Positions 19,822 through 28,853 of a DNA stretch of 64,000 bases are shown here, one piece after another. Position 1 is the first letter of the stretch; every line of letters starts with the position of its first letter. The translations under genes and the position numbers were made by a program. The notes under the pieces were generated by a model. It was not told the origin of the DNA. It worked only from the letters and a program-made list of their open reading frames with translations, and did no database searches. The DNA is from an uncultured Gemmatimonadales bacterium (lineage in GTDB: Bacteria; Gemmatimonadota; Gemmatimonadetes; Longimicrobiales; RSA9): assembly GCA_963783305.1 (NCBI GenBank), contig CAWAMW010000012.1:32973-96972 (forward strand), read 5' to 3'.

Positions 19822-20846
19822 CTTCACGATCCGTCATCACCATTGGCAGGCACATCATCGATCAGGAGCGACTGCATCCTGAGGCCACCGGCGCGCTGAG
19901 CGACATCCTGTACACCATGGCTCTCGCCGGGAAGCTCATCGCCCGGGAAGTGAGCAAGGCGGGCCTGGTGGACATCCTGGGGATGACCGGCGACACCAAC
20001 GTGCACGGCGAGGCGGTCAAGAAGCTCGACGAATTCGCCGATGATGTCATCTTTGCCGCGTTCGACCACACGGGGCTGCTCTGCTGCATGGCGTCGGAGG
20101 AGCACGAGGCGGTACGGGATATCCCGCAGAAGTTCCCCACCGGGAAGTACTCGCTGCTCTACGACCCGCTGGACGGATCGTCGAACATCGACGCGAACGT
20201 CTCCATCGGCACGATCTTCTCCGTCCACAACAAGGTCTCGGAAGTGGCGCGGGGGTGCGAGGAGGACTGCCTGCAGAAGGGGGAGAACCAGGTGGCCGCC
20301 GGCTACATCCTCTACGGCTCCTCCACCATGCTGGTGTATACCACCGGCAGCGGCGTGCACGGGTTCACGCTCGATCCGTCCATCGGGGAGTTCCTGCTGA
20401 GCCATCCCAACATCACCATCCCGAAGCCGGGCCGCCGGATCTACAGCGTGAACGAGAGCTACTACGCCGGCTGGTCCAGCGGGCAGAAGCGTCTCGTGGA
20501 TCACCTGAAGGCGCTGGACGGCGGGAACGGCGACGCGTTTTCCAGCCGCTACATCGGCTCCATGGTGGCGGACCTGCACCGGACCCTCCTGTACGGCGGA
20601 CTCTTCATGTACCCGGCCGACTCCGAGAGCCCCAAGGGGAAGCTCCGGCTCCTTTACGAGGGATCGCCGATGGCCATGATCGTGGAGCAGGCGGGGGGCC
20701 GGGCGACGGACGGCGAGCGCCGGCTCATGGAGATCGAGCCGACGAGCCTGCACCAGCGGACCCCGGTCTACATCGGGTCCACTGAGTACGTGGATCTGGC
20801 GGAGGAGTTCCTGTCGCAGGAAGAGGCGGTGGCGCCGGCGAGCTGA
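19818..20846 (+). CDS. fbp: Fructose-1,6-bisphosphatase class 1
   Basis: LLYDPLDGSSNIDANVSIGTIFS and GKLRLLYE motifs. Confidence 0.9.
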   Translation: MTSRSVITIGRHIIDQERLHPEATGALSDILYTMALAGKLIAREVSKAGLVDILGMTGDTNVHGEAVKKLDEFADDVIFAAFDHTGLLCCMASEEHEAVRDIPQKFPTGKYSLLYDPLDGSSNIDANVSIGTIFSVHNKVSEVARGCEEDCLQKGENQVAAGYILYGSSTMLVYTTGSGVHGFTLDPSIGEFLLSHPNITIPKPGRRIYSVNESYYAGWSSGQKRLVDHLKALDGGNGDAFSSRYIGSMVADLHRTLLYGGLFMYPADSESPKGKLRLLYEGSPMAMIVEQAGGRATDGERRLMEIEPTSLHQRTPVYIGSTEYVDLAEEFLSQEEAVAPAS

Positions 20847-20870
20847 CGCCCCGCCGGCGCGGAGCCCGCC

Positions 20871-22085
20871 TCAGCCTGCGGCCTGGCAGTCCTCTTCCGG
20901 GTTCCGCTCCGTCGTCACCCTGATGGTGCCGTTCGCGTCCACCCGAAGCTCGATATCGCCGTGGACGTTCGTACAGTACGTGCGGGTGTTGCTCCGGCTC
21001 ATGATCCTGGCCAGCGCGTTGTAGAGCGGGTGGGTCTCGCCGTTGGCGCTGATGAGCGCGACCTCGGGATCGGTGTGGTCCAGCCAGGAAGAGGCGCCGC
21101 TCGAGCCCACATCGAAGATGGCGTTGTTGGCCCCGTGGTGCCCCACCTTCAGCACGTCCACCTCCCCGGTCAGGGCGCTGAAGTCCTGGCGCCAGCGGCG
21201 GTTCGCCTCACGCTCCCCGTCCCCCGTCATGAACATGGAGAAGGCGTCCCGTGTCACGGCGGCGCCGAGGGAGCCCTCGTTCAGCTCGTGGCCGTCGGCG
21301 TTCGGATCGTTCAGGTAGCTGTCCAGGGGCGGCAGCAGTGTGATCACGGTTCCATCATCGCCGCTCAGCGGCACGGTCAGGAGGTTGGCGGGCACGATCA
21401 CGGTGTCCGCCCGTGCGTGCGCCTGATCGATGACACTTGTGTAGCCGCTGTAGTAGCGACTCTGCCCGTTGTAGATGAACCGCGCTACATCCAGCGACGC
21501 CAGCACGGCCGGCATCCCGTTGAAGTGATCGCTGTGGGCGTGGGTCAGCACCAGCGCTTCCAGGCTTTCGACCCCCAGCGCCTGCAGTCGCTGGGCGACG
21601 TGGTCGGGATCGCTACCATCGACGCCGGCGGGCCCCGCATCCACGAGAACGTGGCGCTGGAACCCCTCCGCCGAGTCGGTCAGAAGGATGGCGTCGCCGC
21701 CGCCCCCCGCGCTGTTGTCGCCGAGGTCGAACATGCGCACGATGAGAACGCCGCCCTCGGGGACCTCGATGCGAAAGCCGACGGTGCGGGACGAGGCGGC
21801 CTCGCCGACGCGCGCTTCCACGATGAGGGTGTGATCGCCGAGCTCGGCCACCGTGGAGCCGGATAGGAACGGGGTGCCGTCGAGGGTGGCGCTGTAGCTG
21901 CCCCGATCGACCTCGACCGAGACCATCACGGGTTCCGTGTACACGCCGCCCTCCTCGACCCCCGTAACGGAGATGGCCGGTGGGGTGGGCGGCTCGCTCG
22001 GGGAGCCCTCCGAGCAGCCGGCCAGCGCAACGCCGATGAGCAGCGCGACGGTTCGCCAGTCAGCCATGAATTTTGCCGGTCCCAT
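20871..22085 (-). CDS. Lipoprotein with Ig-like N-domain and ComEC-type metallo-beta-lactamase domain
   Basis: Lipobox ALAGC. LVLTHAHSDHFNG, VLKVGHHGANN and ALISANG...NVHGDIELRV parallel the ComEC C-terminal domain encoded at 18.6-19.4 kb. Alternative start at 22067. Confidence 0.7.
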   Translation of the reverse strand: MGPAKFMADWRTVALLIGVALAGCSEGSPSEPPTPPAISVTGVEEGGVYTEPVMVSVEVDRGSYSATLDGTPFLSGSTVAELGDHTLIVEARVGEAASSRTVGFRIEVPEGGVLIVRMFDLGDNSAGGGGDAILLTDSAEGFQRHVLVDAGPAGVDGSDPDHVAQRLQALGVESLEALVLTHAHSDHFNGMPAVLASLDVARFIYNGQSRYYSGYTSVIDQAHARADTVIVPANLLTVPLSGDDGTVITLLPPLDSYLNDPNADGHELNEGSLGAAVTRDAFSMFMTGDGEREANRRWRQDFSALTGEVDVLKVGHHGANNAIFDVGSSGASSWLDHTDPEVALISANGETHPLYNALARIMSRSNTRTYCTNVHGDIELRVDANGTIRVTTERNPEEDCQAAG

Positions 22086-22193
22086 TCAGCTACTCCTCTA
22101 CGATGCGCAAACGCCTGGTTCCCCGCACCTGCAGCGATACGGATCCCCCAGTGTAACGCCACTGGTGGAGGCGCGGCACCCATCCGCATGCGC

Positions 22194-22223
22194 TTGACTG
22201 TGGGCGAATGGAGCCAGTACAAT
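22194..22223 (+). promoter_or_regulatory. Candidate sigma70-type promoter for the lipoprotein/TonB-receptor operon
   Basis: TTGACT (22194-22199), 18-nt spacer, TACAAT (22218-22223). RBS AGGAG lies 5 nt before ATG 22314. Confidence 0.5.
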
Positions 22224-22313
22224 TCGGCCCGGCAAGCCGGTGGGCTCGTGCGCCCGGCAGCCGGAAACACCAAGGTGTCAGGCTACCACAACCAGCTCGT
22301 TCTAGGAGTCCCG

Positions 22314-24200
22314 ATGTCCCGGCGAATCTTGCGTCTGCTGCTGATTGCTGCAGCACTTCCCGCCCTCTCCGCCTGTGATGGCGATACCACGGGTCCCGAT
22401 GTCGGACCCTCCTCTCTCACCGTGCGCGCATACGTGGACGCGGACGGTAGCGGCACGTTCGACACGGGGGACACCCCCCTGGGCGGCGAGACGATCCTGC
22501 TGACGGGCCCCACCGGCAGCTCTGGGCCAATGGTCAGCCGCTCGGCCACGACAAGCGCGGAGGGTCTGGCCACGTTCGACGGTCTGGAGCCGGGCAGCTA
22601 CTCGCTGTCGTATGATGGGGATGTGCCGGCCGGCGCGACGCTGGCAGGACCCACCACACCCGTGGTGGTGGCGCAGACGGTCCAGCAGGCGCTCGAGACG
22701 GAGTTCCGGTTCGTGAGCTTCCCCGGCGGGATCGCCGGCGTGCTGTACCGCGACGAGAACGCCAACGGTGTGTTCGACGAGGGGGACACGCCGGCGCCGG
22801 GGATCCCGGTGGCGGTGTACGCCGGCGCGTCGGCGGAGGGCGAGCCGGTGGCCGAGACGACCACGAGCCCCGGGGGCGCCTACGAGTTCGACGGCCTGCG
22901 GCCCGGCACCTACACGGTGGTATTCTCGCCGTTCCCGACCATGGAGCTGGAGGGCGGAAGCTCGATGACGGTGACGGTGGGAGCGGACGCGGTATCCACA
23001 CCGTCGGTGGAGTTCACCGGCAACCTGCTGAGCCCGATCGCCGAGGCGCGGGCGCTGGCCGAAGCCGACGACAGCGTCGTGGTGGCGGTGGAGGGGACGG
23101 TGGCGTGGCAGCCCTCGTTCTCGGATGACCTGTTCATTCAGGACGAGACCGCCGGGATCCAGGTGTATGCCGCGGCCGCGGACGTGCGGGATCTCGGCCT
23201 GGTGCCGGGCGATCGTGTGATCGTGGTGGGCGAGGTGGACCTGCGGTTCGGTGAGCCCCAGATCACGAACGTGTCGGCGCTGATGGTGCAGGGGAGCGGG
23301 GACGCCCCCACTCCGGTGCCGACCACGGCCGAGTCGATCAACGCGGGCGCGGTCGGTCACCAGCTGGTGTCGGTGGAGGGCGCAACGGTAACTGCGGTGG
23401 AGGTCCTGCAGTACGGCAACCAGTTCGTCACCCTGACCAATGCCGCCGGCAACGAGTTCGGCGTGTATGCTGACAGCCGGACTGGCGTGGAGGCCGCGCT
23501 CTGGACGGTGGGCGGCGTGTACGACGTCACGGGCGTCGTCGGCTTCGACAGCCGATACGCGTACGCCAACCGGATCGAGGTCCGGGGCACCGAGGATGTG
23601 GTGCCGGGCGACCAACCGATCAGCATCGCCGAAGCGAAGGCCGCGGAGGCCGGTACAGAGGTGTCCATCGCGGGGACGGTGATCGCCCAGCCGTCGTTCG
23701 GGGACGAGCTGTTCATCCAGGACGCGACCGGCGGGATCCAGATCTACGCCCGCGATGGAGACGTCCGCACGCTTGGCCTGGAGCCGGGCGATGTGGTGCG
23801 CGTGACGGGCACCACGGAAGACCGGTTCGGTGAGCGCCAGCTCACGAGCGTAACGTACCTGGCGGTGATCGGCAGCGGGGCCGCTCCGACGCCGACCGTC
23901 GTGACGCCGGCGGAAATCGCGTCCGGTGACCAGGTCCACCAGCTCGTGACGGTGGAGGGCGCCACCGTGCTGGAGGTCGATACCAGCTGGAACACCTTCG
24001 GGAACCAGCTCGTGCGCCTGCGGGCCCCGAACGGCGAGGAGTTCGGCGTCTACGTGGACAGCCGGACCGGCGTGGAGGCGGACGCCTGGACGGTGGGCGC
24101 GGTTTACGACGTGACGGGCGTGATCAACTACGACAGCCGCTACGATCCCTTCAGCTACCGAATCTGGGTGAGAGGACCTGGCGATGTGGTGGCGAACTGA
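22314..24200 (+). CDS. Lipoprotein with two Ig-like beta-sandwich repeats and two tandem about 190-aa OB-like modules
   Basis: Lipobox ALSAC. DADGSGTFDTGD / DENANGVFDEGD repeats. Duplicated LFIQDxxGGIQ[VI]Y...PGDxVxVxG...RFGExQ[IL]T modules. Confidence 0.7.
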   Translation: MSRRILRLLLIAAALPALSACDGDTTGPDVGPSSLTVRAYVDADGSGTFDTGDTPLGGETILLTGPTGSSGPMVSRSATTSAEGLATFDGLEPGSYSLSYDGDVPAGATLAGPTTPVVVAQTVQQALETEFRFVSFPGGIAGVLYRDENANGVFDEGDTPAPGIPVAVYAGASAEGEPVAETTTSPGGAYEFDGLRPGTYTVVFSPFPTMELEGGSSMTVTVGADAVSTPSVEFTGNLLSPIAEARALAEADDSVVVAVEGTVAWQPSFSDDLFIQDETAGIQVYAAAADVRDLGLVPGDRVIVVGEVDLRFGEPQITNVSALMVQGSGDAPTPVPTTAESINAGAVGHQLVSVEGATVTAVEVLQYGNQFVTLTNAAGNEFGVYADSRTGVEAALWTVGGVYDVTGVVGFDSRYAYANRIEVRGTEDVVPGDQPISIAEAKAAEAGTEVSIAGTVIAQPSFGDELFIQDATGGIQIYARDGDVRTLGLEPGDVVRVTGTTEDRFGERQLTSVTYLAVIGSGAAPTPTVVTPAEIASGDQVHQLVTVEGATVLEVDTSWNTFGNQLVRLRAPNGEEFGVYVDSRTGVEADAWTVGAVYDVTGVINYDSRYDPFSYRIWVRGPGDVVAN

Positions 24201-24222
24201 GGCACGAACCCAAGGCGTGGTG

Positions 24223-25266
24223 ATGAAGCATATGAACGATCAGATGAGTGGTCGCGTCCGGCGTTGGGCGGTGGCCCTGGCCGCCGTGAGCGTGCTGGCC
24301 GCGTGCGATGACGACGTGGCGCCCCCGACGGCCATCGAGGGGACGGGCTCGGTGGAGGGCCTGCTCTTCTACGACGCGAACCGGGATGGGCTGTTCGACC
24401 CCTCGGCGGGGGACGAGGCGCTGCCGGGCGTTCAGCTGGTCCTGCGGCAGCGCGGGACCGAGGACGTGCTCGCGGGGGGCACGGCGGTCACGGGAGACGA
24501 CGGCCGGTTCTCCATGACCGGCGTGCCGCTGGGGACGCACGAGCTTTTCGTGAACGAGAGCACGGCTCCCGAGTTCGCAACCTTCTGTAGGAACCCCATC
24601 CCGGTTTCCGTCTATCGCAACGAGACGCAGTTCGAGGATGTGGACGCGCGTCAGAGCTGCCTGGTCACGATCGCCGTGGCCGAGGAGCAGCCGCTGGGCG
24701 AATACGTGACGGTCTCGGGGATCGTGGTCTCCGGGTCAGGCATGATCCGGCCGGGGTACATCCACATCGAGGACGAGTCGGGCGGCGTGCGGCTGTTCGA
24801 CTACGCGCTGGACGACCTGGGCCTGGAGGTAGGGGACCGGCTCGAGGCCTCGGGGACGCTCGCGGCGTACGGCGGCGACTTCCAGATCACGGGGATCACG
24901 GTGAACGCGGTGGAAGAGGACGCGGCGGACCCGCAGCCGACGCTGGTGACGACGGCCGAGATCTCGGAGGCGGGGCTGGATGGCAAGGACCCACTGCTGG
25001 GTCGGCTGGTGAAGGTGGAGGGAGCCGAGCTGGTGAGTGAGTTCGGCGCGGACGGCATGCACTATCGCAACGCCCTGATCGACACGGGTGAGGGCGCGAC
25101 GATCGTCCGTCTGGAGGAAGCGGTGGGCGCCGGCACTCCCGAGATCGAGGCGCTGATGACGGTGGGCAGCTGCTACGACATAACGGGCGTGACGGGGACG
25201 TTCAGCCAGGAAGGGCAGATCTTCCCGCGCACGCCGGCTGACATCGTGGAGGTCGCATGTCCGTAA
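24223..25266 (+). CDS. Lipoprotein with one Ig-like repeat and one OB-like module (paralogous to the upstream gene)
   Basis: Lipobox VLAAC. DANRDGLFDPSAGD. YIHIEDESGGVRLF...VGDRLEASGTLAAYGGDFQIT. Confidence 0.65.
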   Translation: MKHMNDQMSGRVRRWAVALAAVSVLAACDDDVAPPTAIEGTGSVEGLLFYDANRDGLFDPSAGDEALPGVQLVLRQRGTEDVLAGGTAVTGDDGRFSMTGVPLGTHELFVNESTAPEFATFCRNPIPVSVYRNETQFEDVDARQSCLVTIAVAEEQPLGEYVTVSGIVVSGSGMIRPGYIHIEDESGGVRLFDYALDDLGLEVGDRLEASGTLAAYGGDFQITGITVNAVEEDAADPQPTLVTTAEISEAGLDGKDPLLGRLVKVEGAELVSEFGADGMHYRNALIDTGEGATIVRLEEAVGAGTPEIEALMTVGSCYDITGVTGTFSQEGQIFPRTPADIVEVACP

Positions 25267-25301
25267 AGGGTGATGGAGCTCGTACATCTCTGGAAGGTTC
25301 A

Positions 25302-28300
25302 ATGATGCACTTCAGATATATGGCCAGGTCGCTGGCACGAATGGCCGTTGCGGCGGCCGCGCTGCTGCTGGCGCCCATGGCGCTGCAGGCGCAGAACGCC
25401 ACTACCAACGGTCAGATCCGGGGCACGGTGGCCGGCCCGGCGGGGCAGCCGGTGCAGGGCGTGGCGTTGACCGCGGTCAACGAGGGCACCGGCCTCACCC
25501 GCAGCACGCTGACGGGCGAGAACGGTCGATACATGCTCCACCTGCTGCCGCCGGGGAGCTACACGGTCCGGGCGGAGATGATCGGATACCGCACGGACGA
25601 GGTGCCGGGCGTACAGGTGGCGATCGGCCAGACCTCCACGGTGAACGTGAACCTGGAGGAGGAGGCCGTGGGTCTCGAGGGGATCCGGGTCCTGGTGGAC
25701 CGTGAGCGGATCGATGTCTCGGATGCCTCCGTGGTGGACCTGGTCTCGCGGCAGCAGATCGAGGAGCTGCCGGCGCTGGGTCGCGACTTCACCGACTTCA
25801 TCAACCTGAGCGGACTCGTGGCGCCGGACCCGGGCGAGACGACCGGGGGACAGTTCTCGATCGGGGGTCAGCGCGCGTCGCAGACGAACCTGCAGATCGA
25901 CGGCGTGGACGCGAACAACGCCTTCTTCGGTGAGAACCGGGGCGGATCGCGGATCCCGTTCGTCTTTTCGCTGGAGTCCATCGAGGAGTTCCAGGTCATC
26001 ACGAACGGGTACGACGTGGAGTACGGCAATTACTCCGGCGGGATCGTGAACGTGGTGACTCGGGGCGGTACGAACGAGCTGCACGGGAACGTGTACGGCA
26101 ACTACCGCAGCGATGCGCTCACCGGCCGGGGGTTCCTGGCGGGCGAGCAGGTGGAGGAGTACAGCGTCGGCCAGTTCGCCGGCCGGCTCTCCGGCCCGAT
26201 CATGGAGGACAAGGCGTTCTTCTCGATCTCGTTCGACGGTCAGCGCCGGCGCGAGCCGCAGCTGCCGCTCACGGTGGCGCAGTACACGACGGGCGAGGAC
26301 GCGGAGCCGGGCATCGCGGCGGAGGTGGAGGACTTCTTCCAGATCCTGGAGAACCAGTACGGGATCCAGAACCCGGCCTCGGGCTTCGAGCCGTTCCAGA
26401 CGACGAACGACGTGCTGTCGATCTTCGGCCGCATCGACTGGAACATCACGCCGGACCACCGGCTCTCGGTCCGGCACAACTACGCGAACTACAAGAACGA
26501 CCGCGAGTTCTCGCCCGGCTACGACTACTACTACGGCTCGTCGCGATCGGAGAACCTCTCGGACCTGTCGAACTCGTTCGTTACGGAGCTCCAGTCGATC
26601 CTGGGCACGAACACGTTCAACGTGTTTCGCTTCCAGTACGCCACGGAGGAGCGTCCGCGCCAGGGGAGTGAGCTCCGGCCGGCGCTGATCACGCGGCTGT
26701 CGAACGGCGACCTCATCGGGTACGGCGGGACGTTTGTGGCGTTCCACAACAACCTCAACGAGCGGAAGCTGCAGTTCATCGACAACTTTACGCACATTGT
26801 CGGGGACCACAGCCTGAAAGTGGGCTTCAACGGCCTGCTGACCACGGCGGAAAACTGGTTCCTGCCGCCGTTCACCGCTCCGTGCGGGCGTGGCAGCCAG
26901 GGCGCGGGCGTATTCTGCTTCGACGACCTGGAGGCGCTGGCCGCGGGCACACCGTCCTCGTACGTCTTCAACGTCAATCAGGGCGAGGACCTGGTGCCGT
27001 ACAGCGAGGTGCAGGTCAGCGAGATCGGCGTGTACGTGCAGGACGAGTGGCAGGTGTCGCCGAAGCTCACGGCCACGCTCGGTCTGCGGCACGACCGCCA
27101 GGACTTCCGCGATGACCCGGAGCGGGTCATCGACGTGGAGCGCGCCTTCGGCTACCCGACGGGTACGGCGCCGCAGGACAACAACAACATCTCGCCCCGG
27201 CTCAACCTCGCCTACGACGTGTATGGCGACGGTCGGTCGGTGGTGCGCGCGGGCGCCGGCTACTTCTTCGGCCGCGTGCCGTACGTGCTGGCGGGCAACG
27301 TGGAGGGGAGTCAGCGGCCGGTCTACACGCTGAACTGCTCGGGCTCCGTGAGCGAGGGCGACCCGGACGCGCCGCCCACGCCGCTGAACTACGGCGACTG
27401 GTCGAATCAGGGCTACGACAATCCGACCGCGTGCCGGAGCGGGTCGTCGCTGAGTGGTGTTCCCACGTACGCGGTGTGGAACCCGGACTTCGAGTATCCC
27501 GAGACGTTCAAGGCGAACGCGGGGTTCGAGACGATGCTGGGCGACCGGACGCGCCTGTCGACCGACCTGATCTTCTCGCAGAGCACCAAGCTGTACACGG
27601 TGCGGAACCTCAACCTGCGGGGTGTGCAGTTCCAGCTGGAGAGCGAGGGCGGCCGGCGCGTGTTCTCGCCGCGGGCGACGTTCAGCCCTTCGGGGGGCAA
27701 TACGGAATCGGCGCGACTGTACACGGATCTGGGCGATGTGTACGTCAACTACAACGACGGGCGCGCCCGGTCGATGGTGGGCACGCTCGAGCTGAGCCAC
27801 AAGCTGGCGGAGAACACGACGTTGCGCGGGTCGTACACGCTCACCCGCTCGCAGGACAACTCGTCCTACTCGTGCTGCACGGCCAACGCGGGCTACACCA
27901 GCCCGAACGTGGGGCTTTACGGCCCCAACGAGATCGGCGGGATCGGCGATGATGACAAGTCGTGGGGGACCAGCGACTTCGAGCGCCGTCATACGTTCAT
28001 TCTCTCCGGCCAGACGGAGCTGCCGTACGGCTTCAAGGTGAGCGGGATCTGGCGGGTCCAGAGCGGCCGTCCGTTCACGCCGGAAGTGGGCGGTGACCTG
28101 AACGGTGACGGCGTGTCGTACAACGACCGCCCGTTCATCTTCTCGCCGGATGCGCTGCCGCTGCCGGCGGGGTCGGAGGACCAGCGGGAGCTGTATCGGA
28201 ATCTGCTGGCAGACAACGATTGCATCGGCGACTACGAGGGCCAGATCGTGCCTCGCAACACCTGTCGGACGCCGTGGTCGAACATGCTGGACATGCGGCT

Positions 28301-28610
28301 GACGAAGGAGTTCCCGACGCTCGAGGGTCAGCGGGCTGAGCTGCAGGTGGATCTGTTCAACGTGCTGAACGGTGTGAGCCAGATCTTCTGCAGCGACGAC
28401 GAGTTCGCGGAAGACCCGACCGGCGGCGTGTGCGGCCTGGGTCGTTTCACGAGCGTGAGCGGCTCATCGAGGAACATCTTCAGGCCGGCCGGATTCGCTG
28501 ATGACGCGGTCACCTACACGGTGTCCGACAGCTTCGGCCGTGAGGGTGTCGTCGGCTCCAACCTCCTGCTCCAGTTCCAGGCGCAGATCGGGTTCAAGTA
28601 CTACTTCTAA
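25302..28610 (+). CDS. TonB-dependent outer-membrane transporter, Oar-like (CarboxypepD_reg N-domain + plug + barrel)
   Basis: Signal peptide ...MALQAQ. GQIRGTV...GENGRYMLHLLPPGSYTV. Plug region FSIGGQRASQTNLQIDGVD. 1102 aa with terminal ...IGFKYYF. Confidence 0.85.
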   Translation: MMHFRYMARSLARMAVAAAALLLAPMALQAQNATTNGQIRGTVAGPAGQPVQGVALTAVNEGTGLTRSTLTGENGRYMLHLLPPGSYTVRAEMIGYRTDEVPGVQVAIGQTSTVNVNLEEEAVGLEGIRVLVDRERIDVSDASVVDLVSRQQIEELPALGRDFTDFINLSGLVAPDPGETTGGQFSIGGQRASQTNLQIDGVDANNAFFGENRGGSRIPFVFSLESIEEFQVITNGYDVEYGNYSGGIVNVVTRGGTNELHGNVYGNYRSDALTGRGFLAGEQVEEYSVGQFAGRLSGPIMEDKAFFSISFDGQRRREPQLPLTVAQYTTGEDAEPGIAAEVEDFFQILENQYGIQNPASGFEPFQTTNDVLSIFGRIDWNITPDHRLSVRHNYANYKNDREFSPGYDYYYGSSRSENLSDLSNSFVTELQSILGTNTFNVFRFQYATEERPRQGSELRPALITRLSNGDLIGYGGTFVAFHNNLNERKLQFIDNFTHIVGDHSLKVGFNGLLTTAENWFLPPFTAPCGRGSQGAGVFCFDDLEALAAGTPSSYVFNVNQGEDLVPYSEVQVSEIGVYVQDEWQVSPKLTATLGLRHDRQDFRDDPERVIDVERAFGYPTGTAPQDNNNISPRLNLAYDVYGDGRSVVRAGAGYFFGRVPYVLAGNVEGSQRPVYTLNCSGSVSEGDPDAPPTPLNYGDWSNQGYDNPTACRSGSSLSGVPTYAVWNPDFEYPETFKANAGFETMLGDRTRLSTDLIFSQSTKLYTVRNLNLRGVQFQLESEGGRRVFSPRATFSPSGGNTESARLYTDLGDVYVNYNDGRARSMVGTLELSHKLAENTTLRGSYTLTRSQDNSSYSCCTANAGYTSPNVGLYGPNEIGGIGDDDKSWGTSDFERRHTFILSGQTELPYGFKVSGIWRVQSGRPFTPEVGGDLNGDGVSYNDRPFIFSPDALPLPAGSEDQRELYRNLLADNDCIGDYEGQIVPRNTCRTPWSNMLDMRLTKEFPTLEGQRAELQVDLFNVLNGVSQIFCSDDEFAEDPTGGVCGLGRFTSVSGSSRNIFRPAGFADDAVTYTVSDSFGREGVVGSNLLLQFQAQIGFKYYF

Positions 28611-28632
28611 TCGCAGCAGGGTCTCAGGGCTG

Positions 28633-28669
28633 AAAAGGCCCCCACCGCCAATGGCGGTGGGGGCCTTTT
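28633..28669. terminator. Strong bidirectional intrinsic terminator
   Basis: AAAA-GGCCCCCACCGCC-AAT-GGCGGTGGGGGCC-TTTT: a perfect 13-bp stem flanked by A and T tracts. Confidence 0.8.
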
Positions 28670-28778
28670 CACGTCCGCGCCGGAGGGCGTCCCTATCCCC
28701 CACGCGAGGCCCTCTCTTCATCACCGCAGGGCGGAGGTTTCCGGCTCGCCCACCGACACCCTCGCTGCGGTGGATGAA

Positions 28779-28810
28779 GAAGCCCCCGTCGCTCCGGCGA
28801 CGGGGGCTTC
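28779..28810 (-). terminator. Candidate terminator hairpin downstream of add
   Basis: Perfect 14-bp stem GAAGCCCCCGTCGC-TCCG-GCGACGGGGGCTTC. The U tract on the minus strand is weak. Confidence 0.45.
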
Positions 28811-28853
28811 CTAGGTGGCGGGTTCGAACCGCCGCTGGGGCGCCGCGCGGGCG

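Noticed and set aside
28670-28778. About 110-nt region between two strong hairpins, with an internal long-range stem (ATCACCGCAG / CTGCGGTGGAT). Considered as a small RNA.
   Set aside because: No promoter-like elements were identified, no conservation information is available, and the stem is imperfect. The evidence is insufficient to call an ncRNA.
28812-28836. tRNA-like T-arm on the minus strand (GGCGG-TTCGAAC-CCGCC), suggesting a tRNA, tmRNA or att remnant.
   Set aside because: No acceptor stem, anticodon arm or CCA context fits. The would-be 5' half would lie inside the add coding region. GGTTCGAACC is a simple palindrome that can arise by chance.
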